A DNA stretch of 64,000 nt from Vicugna vicugna (lineage: Eukaryota), in assembly GCA_013265495.1 (NCBI GenBank), contig MU058824.1:5785245-5849244 (forward strand), given 5' to 3'. Of this stretch, positions 49,936-63,205 are shown piece after piece; positions within the stretch are counted from its first letter, which is position 1, and the number at the start of each line of letters is the position of its first letter. The position numbers and the translations under genes are program-made. The notes under the pieces are model-generated. The model was not told where the DNA came from. It saw nothing but the letters and a program-made list of their open reading frames with translations, and searched no databases.

Positions 49936-52900
49936 ATTTTTTCATAAACCGAAGACCTTTTATCCTAATACAATACTTTGAATATATTACAGGCTTCGTT
50001 ATGGGTTAAAAAAATCTTCGTGAGAACCTAGCGCCTGTTTATAACATTCCTTCTATAAGAATTCACAAACTGAATTTCAAACAACTGAATTATAAATAAA
50101 CATTTGAAACAAACACCACTTTTAAATAAAATGTTCTCTATTTACCAAAGTGAGTAGCCTCTCATTCCATCTCTTGCCTGCCTCCAACTTCCCTGAGAAC
50201 ATCCTGATGATACACGGAAATAAGATAATCATATATTGCTATGGGGGGAGGGGTCATATAACAAAAAAGGATTGCCAGAGGAATGAAACCATTTATTTTT
50301 TCTAATTGGAAAACCCAAGTGACTTCATTCCCTAAGGACATCTTTTAGGGAACTATGAACATAATTTGAAACCATATCCCAGCTGAGGGGGAAAAAAAAT
50401 AAAAAACAACAACAATGGAGTGAATGAAGATATGGTTTCAAGATTTCTCAAGAAACAACAGAGATAAATCAATCAGTGAAAACTTTTATTGCAAGGAGAA
50501 GAGCTCAATTAAGGAAAATGGAATGAACCAGCCTGGGGAGACTTGCTTGCTCACCATTAGCTCACAGAAGTTCTTGGCACCCTGCTTTCTTCTTTTTTAG
50601 TTTCAGCCACAACTTCAGCGTGTAACTAAAGATATCTCCGTGTTGGGTATCTCTGCTCACCCATTGGTGCAGTATGGGAATGAGAGAAGCTGGCAAAGTG
50701 GTTTTGTGGTTGTGACTGAGACCATTTAAAGCCGTGAAGGTATGTCTTGCCTCTGATTTATTACTTCCTGAAAGGTGTAATGCAGAATGCATCGCCCCTC
50801 CAGCCCTTTTTGCTAGAAGGAGGCTTGAAAAAAACGCCAAAGATAAAATTTTTTCGTAACTTTTTCAGTTTCTTGGAAAAATGTGTGTGTGTGTTTTGTT
50901 TAGCCTTGGTTATTTATTCCAAATGTTAGAGTTCATTTTAAAGTCTCTGTTAAAACAAGGGTATGTACTGACATGGGTTGGTGAAACTGACCTCTCAATT
51001 TAGTTCAACAAACTCCTACTGAATGTGCTTGTGTTCTCCCAGGCCGCTGGATGTGTTAGGAATGAGCATTGTTGCCAACAACTTGAACAATAACCTGGCA
51101 TAACATCATGTATCTGCTGGACAAGCTGAGATCCAAATGACACAAAGGAAACGAGGCTGAAGTATGGGGCTTGCTATACCAAAATAAATTCTGCCAAAGG
51201 AAAACAAAAGGGAAACATTAAGACCTTCAGAGCAGCCAGTTTTTGTAAGGGGACAGGGTAAAAATCTCAACTTATTAGTCAAATGATTTTTTTCCTCTGA
51301 CAGGAAGGAAACGGTCTGCTGTCCTGTCGGGTGAGGCGTACCACGAGCTGAGTAGAAAAAGCATGGGATATCTTTGTCATGAATTACACTAACCAACCTC
51401 AATCAAATTAGGAAACCACAAATGAGAGGAATTAACTTATAAGTGAGAGGGTCACCCCTTTATATAAAAGAATGAGCTCTTATACTAAGGTCTCAGTTTA
51501 GAAGCCTCATTCAAACAGAAAGCAAGGCCCACCCTGTGGGTACTGTTTTGTTCGACTGATTTAAATGCAGTCATTGAAGTAGAATGTCATAACTTTCCCT
51601 CTAGACAAACAGGTTCTTTATGCCACTGTTTCAGTTGAGAGAGCCAAATAATACCTTTTTTATTGCAGTATTTTTAGACATTGGATACATCTGGAAAAAT
51701 ATTCAAGCAGATAATTAGATTGCATTAGCAATGTGTCTGTTGTGGTTTCCCTGATCCCAGAGAAGGCAGCCCTTTATGAAGCGCTTGGCCACAGTCTCCA
51801 CAAAATCTACTGTGTAAATTGGCCCACACTAAAGCATGTGGAAAACATTTTTTGGCTGAAACTCGAAACCATTCATGTGGCTTTGAGACTGGGAAGCTCG
51901 GGCTGCCAACATCAATAGAACTTTGTACTACAAACCCAAATGGTCATTTAGACATGTGTACTTCTATGCTCACAAATGCACTGAGGTCAAATATTTTTTA
52001 ATCTTGGGAATTTTTCCTCTTTATACGGCCTCATATTTCATGCAGGAAATGAGACTGAGTACAACAAACACAAATCATTGAGACTGACAGAGCATATTGG
52101 GTTCAAAACCCAAGCCTTGACTCTAATTGCTCTCCAAAGGCCCCTGGCTCAAGGTAACTGTTGATTTAGTTCAGCTGTTTTCAATCAGCACTGTAAGGTC
52201 TCGCTAAGACAAACTGGTGAGGCCGCGTTACATTTGTACCTAGGATCCCTTGGGTATAAGTATAACACAGTTAGCATTTTAAAAGATTGCATTTGTCTGT
52301 ACGCTGCAGGCAGTAATTACAAGCAGGCAAATCTTCTGTGAAAGATGGTGTGACCTTCCTTATGGTGAAAGAGTGATGATGGCTTCTAGTGGAGGGAAAA
52401 TAATGTTTCCATTCAGAGTTCAGAGAAGAGGCCCGTCTCTTTTCAAATGGTTGCCAAACTTGACAGCCAGTTTGTTGTTGTGTTGTGATGAATATCAAAG
52501 TAATTTATTGCTTGAGGGGGCCAATTTCTTGGTATTACTTAACTGTTGAAGGATTTTCAAAAGCATACAATCTGGAACACACAGAGAAGTGATGGCTAAA
52601 CTGCATTGAAGCATTCTTCATCAGGTGTCTTTAGTTCACCTATCCTTAAATTTCCTATGCAGTCACAAGTAGCAATAAAAAATTTAAAGATTCAAACATG
52701 TATTTTTCTGCTTGGAATAATGTTCTCAATCTGTCTTGACTTTGAAGTTGCAGGGTGGACTTTAAAGCGAATATATTGGACTATCTAGCTATGGAATTGA
52801 ATTTGAACGTGGGAGTCAAGTATAAATGTCTGGGCTAGACAAAAGGACTGAGATTAAGGACAGATTGGGCTAACAGTGCCCAGGAGAGCTCAGTTCCATA

Positions 52901-52998
52901 TGTAGTTAATAGCTTCCCAAGGACCACTAGACTGCTGGGAGATGAAAGAATTTTTATTATTTCAATAAGTTTCTCATTACAAATTCATACCTTAATTC

Positions 52999-53068
<70 letters not shown>
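52999..53068. repeat. Compound microsatellite (TG)4-TC-(TA)14-GA-(CA)n
   Basis: Read directly. Confidence 0.97.
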
Positions 53069-53070
<2 letters not shown>

Positions 53071-53461
53071 GCTCCTCCAATACCTGGCAGAGTGGTCGGT
53101 ATATAGGAATAAATAAATATTCGTGAGTGACTGACATTGATGGAACAAATGTAATACATGTATATATTTAAAATACGGATTCCTTGCTCTGAGAAGACTA
53201 AACATACACTTCTATTTGTAAATCATATAAATTGCCCAAAGAATTTTAACATTTTAAAAAAGAAGTCATTTTGTCAGTTATATCTCAATTAAAATATTTC
53301 AAATAAAATTTTTAAAAATTTAAAAACTAAAACAGAAGGGAGGGCAAGAAAAATTTAAAATGAGAAGTCATTCAATTAAATATTGGCTCATCAAATTAAT
53401 TAAATCAATTTAAATAAAAATTTTAATTTACAGTCAATTTTTCAGGACTATTTTTTGATGG

Positions 53462-53690
53462 GGGTGTGCATGTATATGCATGTGTATACATATGAGTTCA
53501 TGTGTTTATGACTGTGATATGGTATGCATGTATTTATCTAGGGAGACTTTAATATCCACTACCTTTTTTGGAGTTCAAATGTTTCCTCTGTGTGTATATG
53601 TATGTGTGGGTATGTGTTTATATCTATATACATGTAGATGCATGTGTGTGTATATACATACATACATACACACATACATACATATATGAT
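53462..53690. repeat. Degenerate (TG/TA/CA)n simple repeat
   Basis: tgtgcatgtatatgcatgtg...tatatacatacatacatacacacatacatacata. Confidence 0.8.
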
Positions 53691-54679
53691 GTAGTCAGTT
53701 TTCAACAATCCATTTGGACTTTCTATAATAAGTACTCTTCCGTGGCAATTAAATTTTCCAGAATTCTGTTACTCCGTGTGACAAGACTCCTTGTATTTAA
53801 GATAATGCAGTCATTACAAGTAAGCAACTTCTAAGAAGTTACATTTAACTCTTTTAACCATAAGGGTAATAAATACCAATTTAAGTTAACTTATTTTTTC
53901 CAAAAGCATTTCTTGAGTTTCCTATGTCTATATACCCCAGCAAGAGTATTACACATTGAAGCAAACTGGCACATTGAAATATATGTATATCTTCTCTAGG
54001 TAAGTAATAATAACTCTTCACGTATGATCCCTTGAACAACCTCAGTGTTAGGTTCCAAAGCAAACTGGCTGAAAATCGCATAAGTAACTTGTCTCTAAAG
54101 GAAAGCTCCTAAAAGTGGTGGTTACTAGGTAAATTGCAGAAGCTATTATCATTTTCTCTAATGCATCCAAAACGTCTGAAGGTGACTGTAGAACTCTCAC
54201 CTACATTGCTTTCAGGAGCAGCAATTACAGAAACCACGGCTAAGAACATTTTTTTCAAGTGTGGAGCCATGGGATTCTTTCAAAGGAGAAAAAAAATATG
54301 AATGGAGGCTCTGTACCTTCTAAATATTAAGTTAATACTCAGATATGGGTTTAAATTCTGTTGCTATCACTGACCAGTTATACAACTTTGAGTGAGTCAT
54401 TTACTTCCTTGAGAATCATTATGAAAATTAAATAAAATGCAAAGGCTTTGAAATATGGGAAGCGCTTAATATACCATATGTCCCACATTCGATGAAATTC
54501 ATTTTTCTCACTTTAATATTTCGGAAAGCAGGGGGTATCTTGTAATTGAAACACTTTAAATTTTATTTCTTTCTTTGCCCTAAAATGTGATTACAATGAT
54601 GATATGTCCTAAAATTGTGGCATTGTATTGTATTAGTTCCATCCATCTTTCTCCTCCCCTCCCCGCTACCCTCGTGCCT

Positions 54680-54930
54680 TAATAGACAGCATAGCATGGT
54701 GGTCAAGAGCTCAGGCTTTAGAACAAGTCATGCCTGTTTGATTCCCAGCTCCACCACTTACCAGCTGTTGATCTTGGGCAATTTTTTTAACCTTTTAAAG
54801 CCTCGGGTTCCTCACAGACAAAAAAAGGCTCATGATTTAAAACTTAAAATGTTATCATAAGAATTTTAAAGTGTTAGCACTCTATGTGGCACATAAAAAG
54901 CATGTAATACAGGTTTGTTAGCAGTTTTTA
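54680..54930 (+). mobile_element. MIR SINE
   Basis: agcatagcatggtggtcaagagctcaggctttaga...ttcccagctccaccacttaccagctgttgatcttgggcaa. Confidence 0.85.
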
Positions 54931-56364
54931 TTACCAGGCCTGGCTTGTAAGGACAGCAGATGACAATGTTTGGCAGTGTATTCAGAGTACTTGCTTGGTT
55001 CCTGGATCATCTTATAAGGATATTTGCCAATCAGAGTAGAAACTTCACGGGTTTGGCTCTAATTGAGTTATATTTCCATGCATACTCCAATTTATAATTA
55101 CTCAGAGCCATTGCTTGCACACTGCCTACCAGTTCTTTTGGAGAGTTCCCACTGCTGCTTCCTTGTTGTTCAGATTCAGGGCCCTCATATCTCTTGGCTC
55201 ATGTCCTCTATTTCTGCTCTCACTGTTCCCTTGTGACAAGACCAACCTTCTGCTGGGTATGGACATCCTGTAAAAAATGTCTGTTTCTGCTATCACCACT
55301 CTGTCTTTAGAGGGGGGATTGCACATCTCCATTTGTCGTCACAGTTCCATGCATTAAGCAAGCTCTTTCCTTAATGCTCCACAGTAGTTTTAAGACCAGA
55401 TTGTAAGATTTTAAATGATTTAATTAAACAGCAAGTATTACGAAAAGAAAATGTTCTGGTTCACCCAAAAAATCACTTTCTTTCTAGCCTATACATTCTT
55501 TCCACCCAGTTGAGATCAGTTCACCCATTTCAAAGGAATATTTTGAGTACTTAGGCTTTGTAGTCTAAGACCATCCATGGCAGAGTCCAGAAAAAGAAGG
55601 AGTATCTTTCTTTTTCATGATTAATGATTTATTTCAAGCCATGTTCCTGCCCTAGTAATTATCTATTCCCAGTTTACTGACAATAGGAATACCCACTTCC
55701 ATGATGGAAAACTTCACGTGTGCCAGTTGAAGTGTGATCTTGCCTTATAGCCCCAGTAAGACATTTACAGAGATCAATGAAAGTCAACATCAATATGTTC
55801 TGGATTACTTGACCTTGAACATCATCAGAGCAACCCAATTCAGGCTGGAAAGAGCCAAGACCTTTAAACAGTCGGTCCCCCAAGCAGGACATTAAAATCA
55901 CATCTGCAAGCATCTTCCTCTAGTGCTTACCTATGTCATCTGTATTATCTGCTCAACCAAGAACAAAACCAATTCCACAGAAACTGGCACTATGAATTTA
56001 TTACAGCCAAGAGATCTGCACATTAGCCACTCTTTGTCACATCTCTTCCCTTCCCCTTCTCTCCTACATCCTGTACCCTGCCTGAAAATAGCAAGGGCAT
56101 TTCATAGTCTCGACTGTAACTCAGCCATACCCAATAATTTCCATTACCGAACAAAGCACATAGCTTCTCAGCTAATACCTCGTGTATCCCCTTAAGGAAT
56201 GTGTCTGTTTGCCTCTACTTGTGTTTCATTTGCAACCATGGCTCTACTGTGCTGGCACTACCCACTCTATGATTTGAGAACTGTGGTCATTATCATATCA
56301 ATGTAGATCCACAAAACACCTTGGGGTTGTTGCCAGTCCACAAAACTACCTACTACTGCTTTTT

Positions 56365-56405
56365 TTCCTTTCCTTTCGTTCCTTCCTTCCTTCCATTCCT
56401 TCCTT
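56365..56405. repeat. (TTCC)n simple repeat
   Basis: ttccttccttccttccattccttcc. Confidence 0.85.
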
Positions 56406-57229
56406 GGAGCCGAGCAATTACTTTGCTTCCTCAAGTCCAAAATCATGCTTTTTGCCCTCCTAGTTATACTCTGACTTAAGCTTAATGGTCTCTGTGTTCC
56501 AATATATACGGGTTAAATAAATACATTTTTTCCTGTTAATGGAGACTGCCTTCTCCATTCTCATGGTTGATACTTGTAGTGTATTAAAAACATGGTTTGT
56601 TCCATAACTAGGCATCACGGCACCAAAACAGAGACACGAAAAGTGGAGATCTGAGTCTTAGGAAGACTTAGAATGGTTTGGGGGGGTCACTTAAACGCTG
56701 CCTTAATTTCCTCCATAAAATGGGCTGGACACTCTATTGTGCAAATATTTTCTGACCGATACCTGGAGTTCTGTTACCCATTTAAGGGAAAACTGCTTTC
56801 CCTTCAAGTCTCCAACACTTGCTTTTCCCTATGAAGCTTAGTCCTTACAACTTGAAATTCATGAAACAGAAGTTACCATTCCAGAAAGCAAGTGGGCTGC
56901 CTGGGTTAAGAGATGTCAGGTGAGCCTTGCTTACTCATATAGAGGACAATCACCATAGCAGAGGTCAGCCAGCTCAGGGACCCTGTAACCCGCATTCCCA
57001 AAGGACAATAGATTGCTTTGTAATCACCACAGTGTAAATTGGTAGAAGAATTAAAGATATTTTGCCTTGTTAATTTTAGGAAAGCCAACTGATATTTGTG
57101 TTGCTAGTTTCTCCTGATCTAAAAGGCTATTAGGCCACCTGCAGGAAATATAGGCAAGTAGGAAACACCAGAAGGTTCGCTTACCCTGTTTCTCGAACTC
57201 CTCTTTCCTTTCCCATTCTCCATTGAACG

Positions 57230-57370
57230 CAGTGGTTCTGAATCCTGAGAAAACACCCAGCCACCATTTTGCAGAAATTCTGATTTGATGTTGGGGTTTA
57301 TCCCTAGCAATTTGTTTTTTAAGTTCCCAAGTGATTCTAATTGGAGCTGTGATTGGGAACCACTGCTCTG
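57230..57370 (-). mobile_element. MER5-like hAT-Charlie MITE fragment
   Basis: cagtggttctg...agaaattctgatttgat...ttttaagttcccaagtgattctaat...ttgggaaccactgctct. Confidence 0.7.
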
Positions 57371-58477
57371 AAGCCTCCCCATTCTCTCCCTTTCTTCCTG
57401 TGACACCATGTGTTACCCATAAGCAGTCCCACATGAAGGCAGGGGTAAGCCAGCATCTCCTTAGGGATTAGAATATAGGCGATAACACAGTACAAGTTTG
57501 CAAAAGGAAGAAACGAGTGAGGAAACAAAGGAGAAGAGGAATAAACAATGAAAGAAAAGGGGGTGAGGAAAAGGAGATAGGTAGGAAGGAATTCCAGAAT
57601 AAAAATAGTATTTAAAAAATATATAGTGGCAAGAAAACTCCGAACTGCTGGAATTCCTGTCTAAATGGGCCCAATGTAATTCTTTTAGACACTGATATGA
57701 GGAATAATATTTTTCTTCTTCTGAAAGGCTGAAAGGGGAAGACAATGACCAAATGAGAGAATGAAAGGCTGCATCACGGGGCGGCTTTTTGATTATTCTC
57801 TGACCTCACATATCCATGCCCTGACCTGCAATGTGAAGCCCTGTTCTTTGGAAAGACACATTTGACTGTGTCAGAAAGAACAGCTCAGCAGTAGAACCAG
57901 CAGTATATCTCCGCAAATTGTACATTTTAAATTGATAACCCTCCTCTGAGAATAATTTCTAATATGTCAGATGCACCCAGTGTAAAGACTTATTCACTTA
58001 TGACCTGTGATTGGCGAGACCTGTTCTCATTAAACTGGATTGTATTTAGTATATGTGGGAAGGGAAGGTCTCAGTGGTAAAGGGGGCTTTTCATCATGAA
58101 AGAACATATTTTAGAGAACCAGAGTTGCTTGCTGGTGACTCTGAAAATTTGATTCCAGAAGGCTTTCATTCAGGGGGAAAATAATCTTGAAGATCAAGGA
58201 AATGTTGAACACTCATGACAAGAAGCTTTCTGTCTCCCACTCTGCATGATGGGGACAGGATCAGAGAGAGTCCTAGGTTGTGGTGCATTTGAGCAAGGAT
58301 CCTGAGTTGTATGCACCAGGCTACTGGAGGTGGCTGTTAGCTCAGGCTGGCCCGGTGAGGCTGGCGGAGCAGGTCATGTGGATGGCAGTACAGAAAACTG
58401 GCTAAGAGCACAGAGTTTGGGGTCAAACATTTCTGTATTAGAATTTCTTTCCACCTGCCACTAGTTGAGCCTCTACT

Positions 58478-58540
58478 AAAAGAGAGGGAGGGAGGGGAGG
58501 AGGGAAGGGAAGAGAGAGAGACACAGAGAGAGAGAGAGAT
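58478..58540. repeat. Polypurine (GA/GGA)n tract
   Basis: agagagggagggaggggaggagggaagggaagagagagag...agagagagag. Confidence 0.85.
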
Positions 58541-61399
58541 CCTGAGCTGAGTTGAGCTGGGCTGAACTAAGAAGGGCTTCCTTATTAATGGCAGTAGGTC
58601 TAACATTTCCAAAAGTAAAAGCTCCTCATATCAGAGGCAAACACCTGTGACTATTATTAAATTCCTGGTCACTACTGAGCACTATGTGGAAAATAAGTTA
58701 CAGTTCATAAGAACTATATATGAGCATATAATTCATAAGATACTGAAAATTTATCTGGTAATCAAAGTATATATTTTACTAAGAAAAACACTCAGCAAAT
58801 CATATATAGCAATGGCAGTTGCTGCCCACAGCAGCAAGTTTCTGTAAATTATCTGACTGTGTAAAAGTCATATAACAGCATAATCACAAGAATATTGCTT
58901 CATATAAGCATAGCCCTTCAATGCTTTGCCATGGGTAAATTTCATCTTCGTTTATAAAATATCTTCCCGTTCAACCTGTGTGGGACACTGCCAAGAATTA
59001 TGGATTATAAATACATGAGTTCTAACCCCAAATCTACCCCACACAGAGTTGATCTTGAAAAAGTTCCTTAATCTTTATGTTCTTCAACTTGGGGTTCTGT
59101 TCCAGGAATTGGTCAGAGAGTTGAATTAGATGGTTTGGAAAGCCCCAAAAGTCTTCCTGATTTGTCATAGGATTTATCACTCCCTGAAAGGTTATAAGAA
59201 TGTTTGTTTTTCAAAGCAAATATCACAATTACAAGAATTTGTGAGGTTCACAGATGAACAATTACATGAACAGAATGACAGGTGATTGTTAACCTTGTCT
59301 AGACTTAATTATGGAGTCAGTAAGAGTTCATAATTGTTAGAGAATTTGTGAAGCTGAAAAGCCTAAGTTTAAGCTTCATACACCGTTTCATAACAGATGG
59401 CAAGTTAAGGTTATATCATAATCAAAAACCATTCACCTTTGAAGGAACTAATATAGTAGAGAATTATTGCCGACATAACCTAGAAACATGATAGCTCATT
59501 CTTTAAAGTTTTCCCCCCCCAACTATTTCTGGTTAGCATTTTAAAAACGAATGTACATCTAAATGCAAAGATGTCATCTTCTATTGAATATTCAACTGCC
59601 ATTTGCCAGTAATCAAATTTTCATGCTCAAATAATCTTTATTAAATACCAATGTGTGTGATGTGGTAGAGGAGACACTATATAGAGTTAAAAAAACAGCC
59701 CAGAAAACAAAAAACAAACGTGGTATGAACATAGATATTCAGATAAATAGATAGACAAGCATAAAACTCTTCAAAGAAGAGAAATACGGCCGTGTTAGGC
59801 AGGAATCCAAGTTAATAAATGAGTAAAAAGTATAGTACAAATGTTTAACAAGTTTCTACTTGAAAAGCTTTCTCATATGACACATATGTGTTTTTTGGTT
59901 ACATATATGGCATGCTTTACCACTTCTCTCTTAGGATGTTCTCTCTGTTAAGAATGTTTTAGCAGCTGCTTTTCACTAAAGATCTTCAGAGGTTTTTACG
60001 GCCCCTTCATTATATGTAAGTTTTACTGCTCAGATTTTTATGGTGTTGGATGTGTTAGCAACTCTTTGGGAATAATGGTCATATAAGCTCTCTTTGAAAA
60101 AGAACTACTGACTGACTTTGGTCCTCTGCCTGTTTCATAATTATTTTGAACTCCTTTATGTAATTATCACATTCATGCATTTATGTATCTATGCATTCAT
60201 TCACTCATTAATTCTTACATTTGTTCAACAAATAATCCTTGTCCTAATTGGTGAAATTCAACCTTAGAAAACATTTGCTCTCTGCCTCCTAGAAGCTCAG
60301 TCTTGTTTGGGGGAAGATGTATTTCTGAAGGGGCAATAGCATGTGAATTGTGCGTTAATGGTGGTATAAACAGGGTGCTGTTAGACAAAGAGGAAAGGAC
60401 ACCGACAGTTTCACCAAACAACCACAATGAGCTGAGTATTAACCAACAAATTATGCCCTCTTCACAGCTGGTCCAAAATAGAATCAACTAAGTGGAACAA
60501 AACCCAGACGAATTCTTACGGCCAGTTCGTATGTTCTCAAAACCACTGCTATATATATATATATATCATATATATCACATATATATATCACAAAAGAAGT
60601 GGGGTGGAAGAATCCCTGCTTTAATACAGTGCTTTTATAAAACTTCACTTTAATCCAAAAACCTGAAGGTTTTAAGTTAAGGTTATGGGGAATAACCTTT
60701 GAACGCTTTGGAAAAAAGAAGACACTGTATTTTATAATACAGGCTTTTTCCCCTTCCGAAGTATCTCCTCTCTTCTAACCTAGGTTTTCTTTAAAATAAT
60801 TCCACTGTGAGCCTTTTAACTATTCTACATGGCTAATTAAATGTTAAATTAAATAATTTATTTGAGGATGACACTAACGCTTATGAAGAAATGTGCCATT
60901 GGTTCATAACGTGCTTGCAGATACCCTGATGTCTTTCACCTCTCAGCCACTGGCCTAATGTGCCAGCTTTCCACGAACCCTAGGACTACATCACATCTGA
61001 CGCTTTAGTGGGAGGGCATCACCTTGAGGCTGGTCAATGGAGGCCTTATACCCAAGTCCTACGCACTGGTCATTCCTGTCCTGGTTTGGTCAGACAGGTG
61101 CTGATATGGTGATGCTCCACTTTAATAAGAACACAGTAGTTTTTAGGATCTCTTCAACTTTGTGAACTCACTTAAGTAGCAATAGGAACAAGGACATGCA
61201 CTGACCTATAGACTAAGTCTGCAATGAGAACTGGCAGCCAGCCTTTTGTGTCTCAATCTATTCCAGGGGTCATTCTGCCACAGAGGGGACGTGACATGTG
61301 CATTCTCATCTTTCCTTTCTTCAGCTGCAAAATATCACCTTTCCTCTGACCCTCAACCAGTGAATGCCTCAGGGAGATTCCACAATACCCCATCACTTT

Positions 61400-61837
61400 C
61401 AGTTACTGAGTAGCAGTGAGGATTCTGACTCCATTTGTTGATGTTTGATGCTTGTGACAGATTTTAAGCTTACCTTCACTCTTCCCTTTGTGTCCCACAT
61501 CTGGGCAAGTGGATAAGAAAGCCTGGGCGCTTTCTGCTGTGGCACCTGGGAGGGAGAGTCAAATCACACCAGCCCCTACCTGCACATATATGGGTGAACT
61601 CTCACCCAACCACAGTCCCTAACCACAATAAAAACCCAGGCCCGTCTCCCTTCCTGGTTCTCTGGACATTTTGAACCTGTTTGAGGCACCTGCCCTGTTC
61701 CCTTCAGGGACCTCAATTATGTAAGTAATAAATCTTTTCACACCTTCTTGGTGTGTGTTTTTGTTTGCTGTCATCACTCAAAATCACAACTAAATTTTTG
61801 GTGGGTGGTCCATCTGCCTATGCAGGCAACCATAATA
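61400..61837 (+). mobile_element. ERVL-class solo LTR (MER74/MER54-like)
   Basis: ggattctgactccattt...tctgggcaagtggataagaaagcctggg...aataaatcttttcacaccttcttggtgtgtg...aaatttttggtgggtggtcc. Confidence 0.7.
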
Positions 61838-61928
61838 AGAGTTCTGTCTAGTTTAAAATTCTATACTTTATCTGATTTAAAGTGTTCCTTTCCCCATGGC
61901 CAAGGAGGCTTTAGCTTTAGAACACTAA

Positions 61929-61931
<3 letters not shown>

Positions 61932-61985
<54 letters not shown>

Positions 61986-61998
61986 ATGCATGCATGTG
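61932..61998. repeat. (GT)~26 microsatellite followed by (GCAT)3
   Basis: Read directly. Confidence 0.97.
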
Positions 61999-62534
61999 CT
62001 TTTCTGCTCATCCCCTCTACCTGCATCTTGCAGTCAGGATTGGTTGGGAAATGGGTTTGGTCTGGGGTCATTTGTTCTCTTCTTTACAAAGCCCTACTCC
62101 ACTCATGTCAGGTGTCAAGAGAATGAATAAGGGAGCAAAGGACATGGGCCTGTCAATTAATTGGACATGGGACTGCAGTTCTTTCTTGCCGTTTGCCCCT
62201 GCTTCTCTGGCAGACACTGCCTGGCTTCAATGTCATCCATGTGGTAGGTGTCGAAATGCTGACTCTCATGAGGCAGATTTGTTAGTTCTAGGAACTAACA
62301 AATTCCCATTTCATGATTCTATTTTCACTCCCCTTAGTTCCCACTCCTAGCAGTATTGCATGGCCTTCTTGCTTCTGGGGTCACCTTGTCTGGTGAGCAT
62401 CCCTCCTGGGATTTATAGGAAAAAGACTCAAGCTGAGCTACTTACTGCAATGCCATAGGAAACACACATCCTCGCCATACCAAAGATAGGCGTGCAGACT
62501 GCTCTACTGCTCAGGCAGCTCTGGTAGTTATTAC

Positions 62535-62915
62535 TGTGGCAGATGCAGTAATGCCCACCAAATATCTCATGTGCTTCCCTATATTTCCTAGTTCCTTCGC
62601 AGTTAACAGAGGGCCACATAATTAGATTTGGCCAATAGTTTGAGTGGCAATTCCATGTGCCATGCAGGTCAGAGGCAATTAAGAGAAGATGCAAGTTCTC
62701 CAGACTTTCTTCTCTTTAACTGCCCACCCGGAAAGCCATATGTGGATACGGCAGAATCACAAGATGGCTCAACCTAGAAACCCAAGAAGCTGTGCAGAAG
62801 AGGATCTCTCATCAATCATTTTAGACACAGAGTGTGAATAATAAATAACTATTTGTGATTTAAGTCAGTGAGATTTGGAAGCAAATTTGTCACTACAACA
62901 AAACCTACCTTCCTA
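62535..62915 (+). mobile_element. MaLR LTR (MLT1H/J-like)
   Basis: tgtggcagatgc...gggccacataattagatttggccaatag...tttaagtcagtgagatttggaagcaaatttgtcactacaacaaaaccta. Confidence 0.75.
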
Positions 62916-62939
62916 TCCATCTTGCTATCTATCTAGGCA

Positions 62940-63205
62940 AATATTCATGTATAATTATTTTATATACAGATATTTGTGAACTGAATTTATATAAATATAT
63001 ACATATTATCTTTAGTTATATGTTGTATATATGGTAGAAATGTTATTTTACATGTGTCATTTTATTTTGTATATGTTATATAAATAATAAATGAATATTT
63101 CATAAAATATATAATATATATTATATAAAATGTAATTAATATAATACACTAATATAATTTATATAATTGCTATTAGTAAAATAAATAATGAAATAAAATA
63201 AACAC
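62940..63205. repeat. AT-rich low-complexity tract
   Basis: Almost entirely A/T with TA repeats. Confidence 0.85.

Noticed and set aside
50366..50441. 13-bp inverted repeat ttgaaaccatatc/gatatggtttcaa with a 50-nt spacer
   Set aside because: Short enough to arise by chance in 64 kb of AT-rich DNA; no TSD or MITE features.
61748..62350. 200-aa ORF, the longest in the window
   Set aside because: Runs through an LTR end and a (GT)n tract (VCVCVC), has a non-ATG start and shows no protein features.
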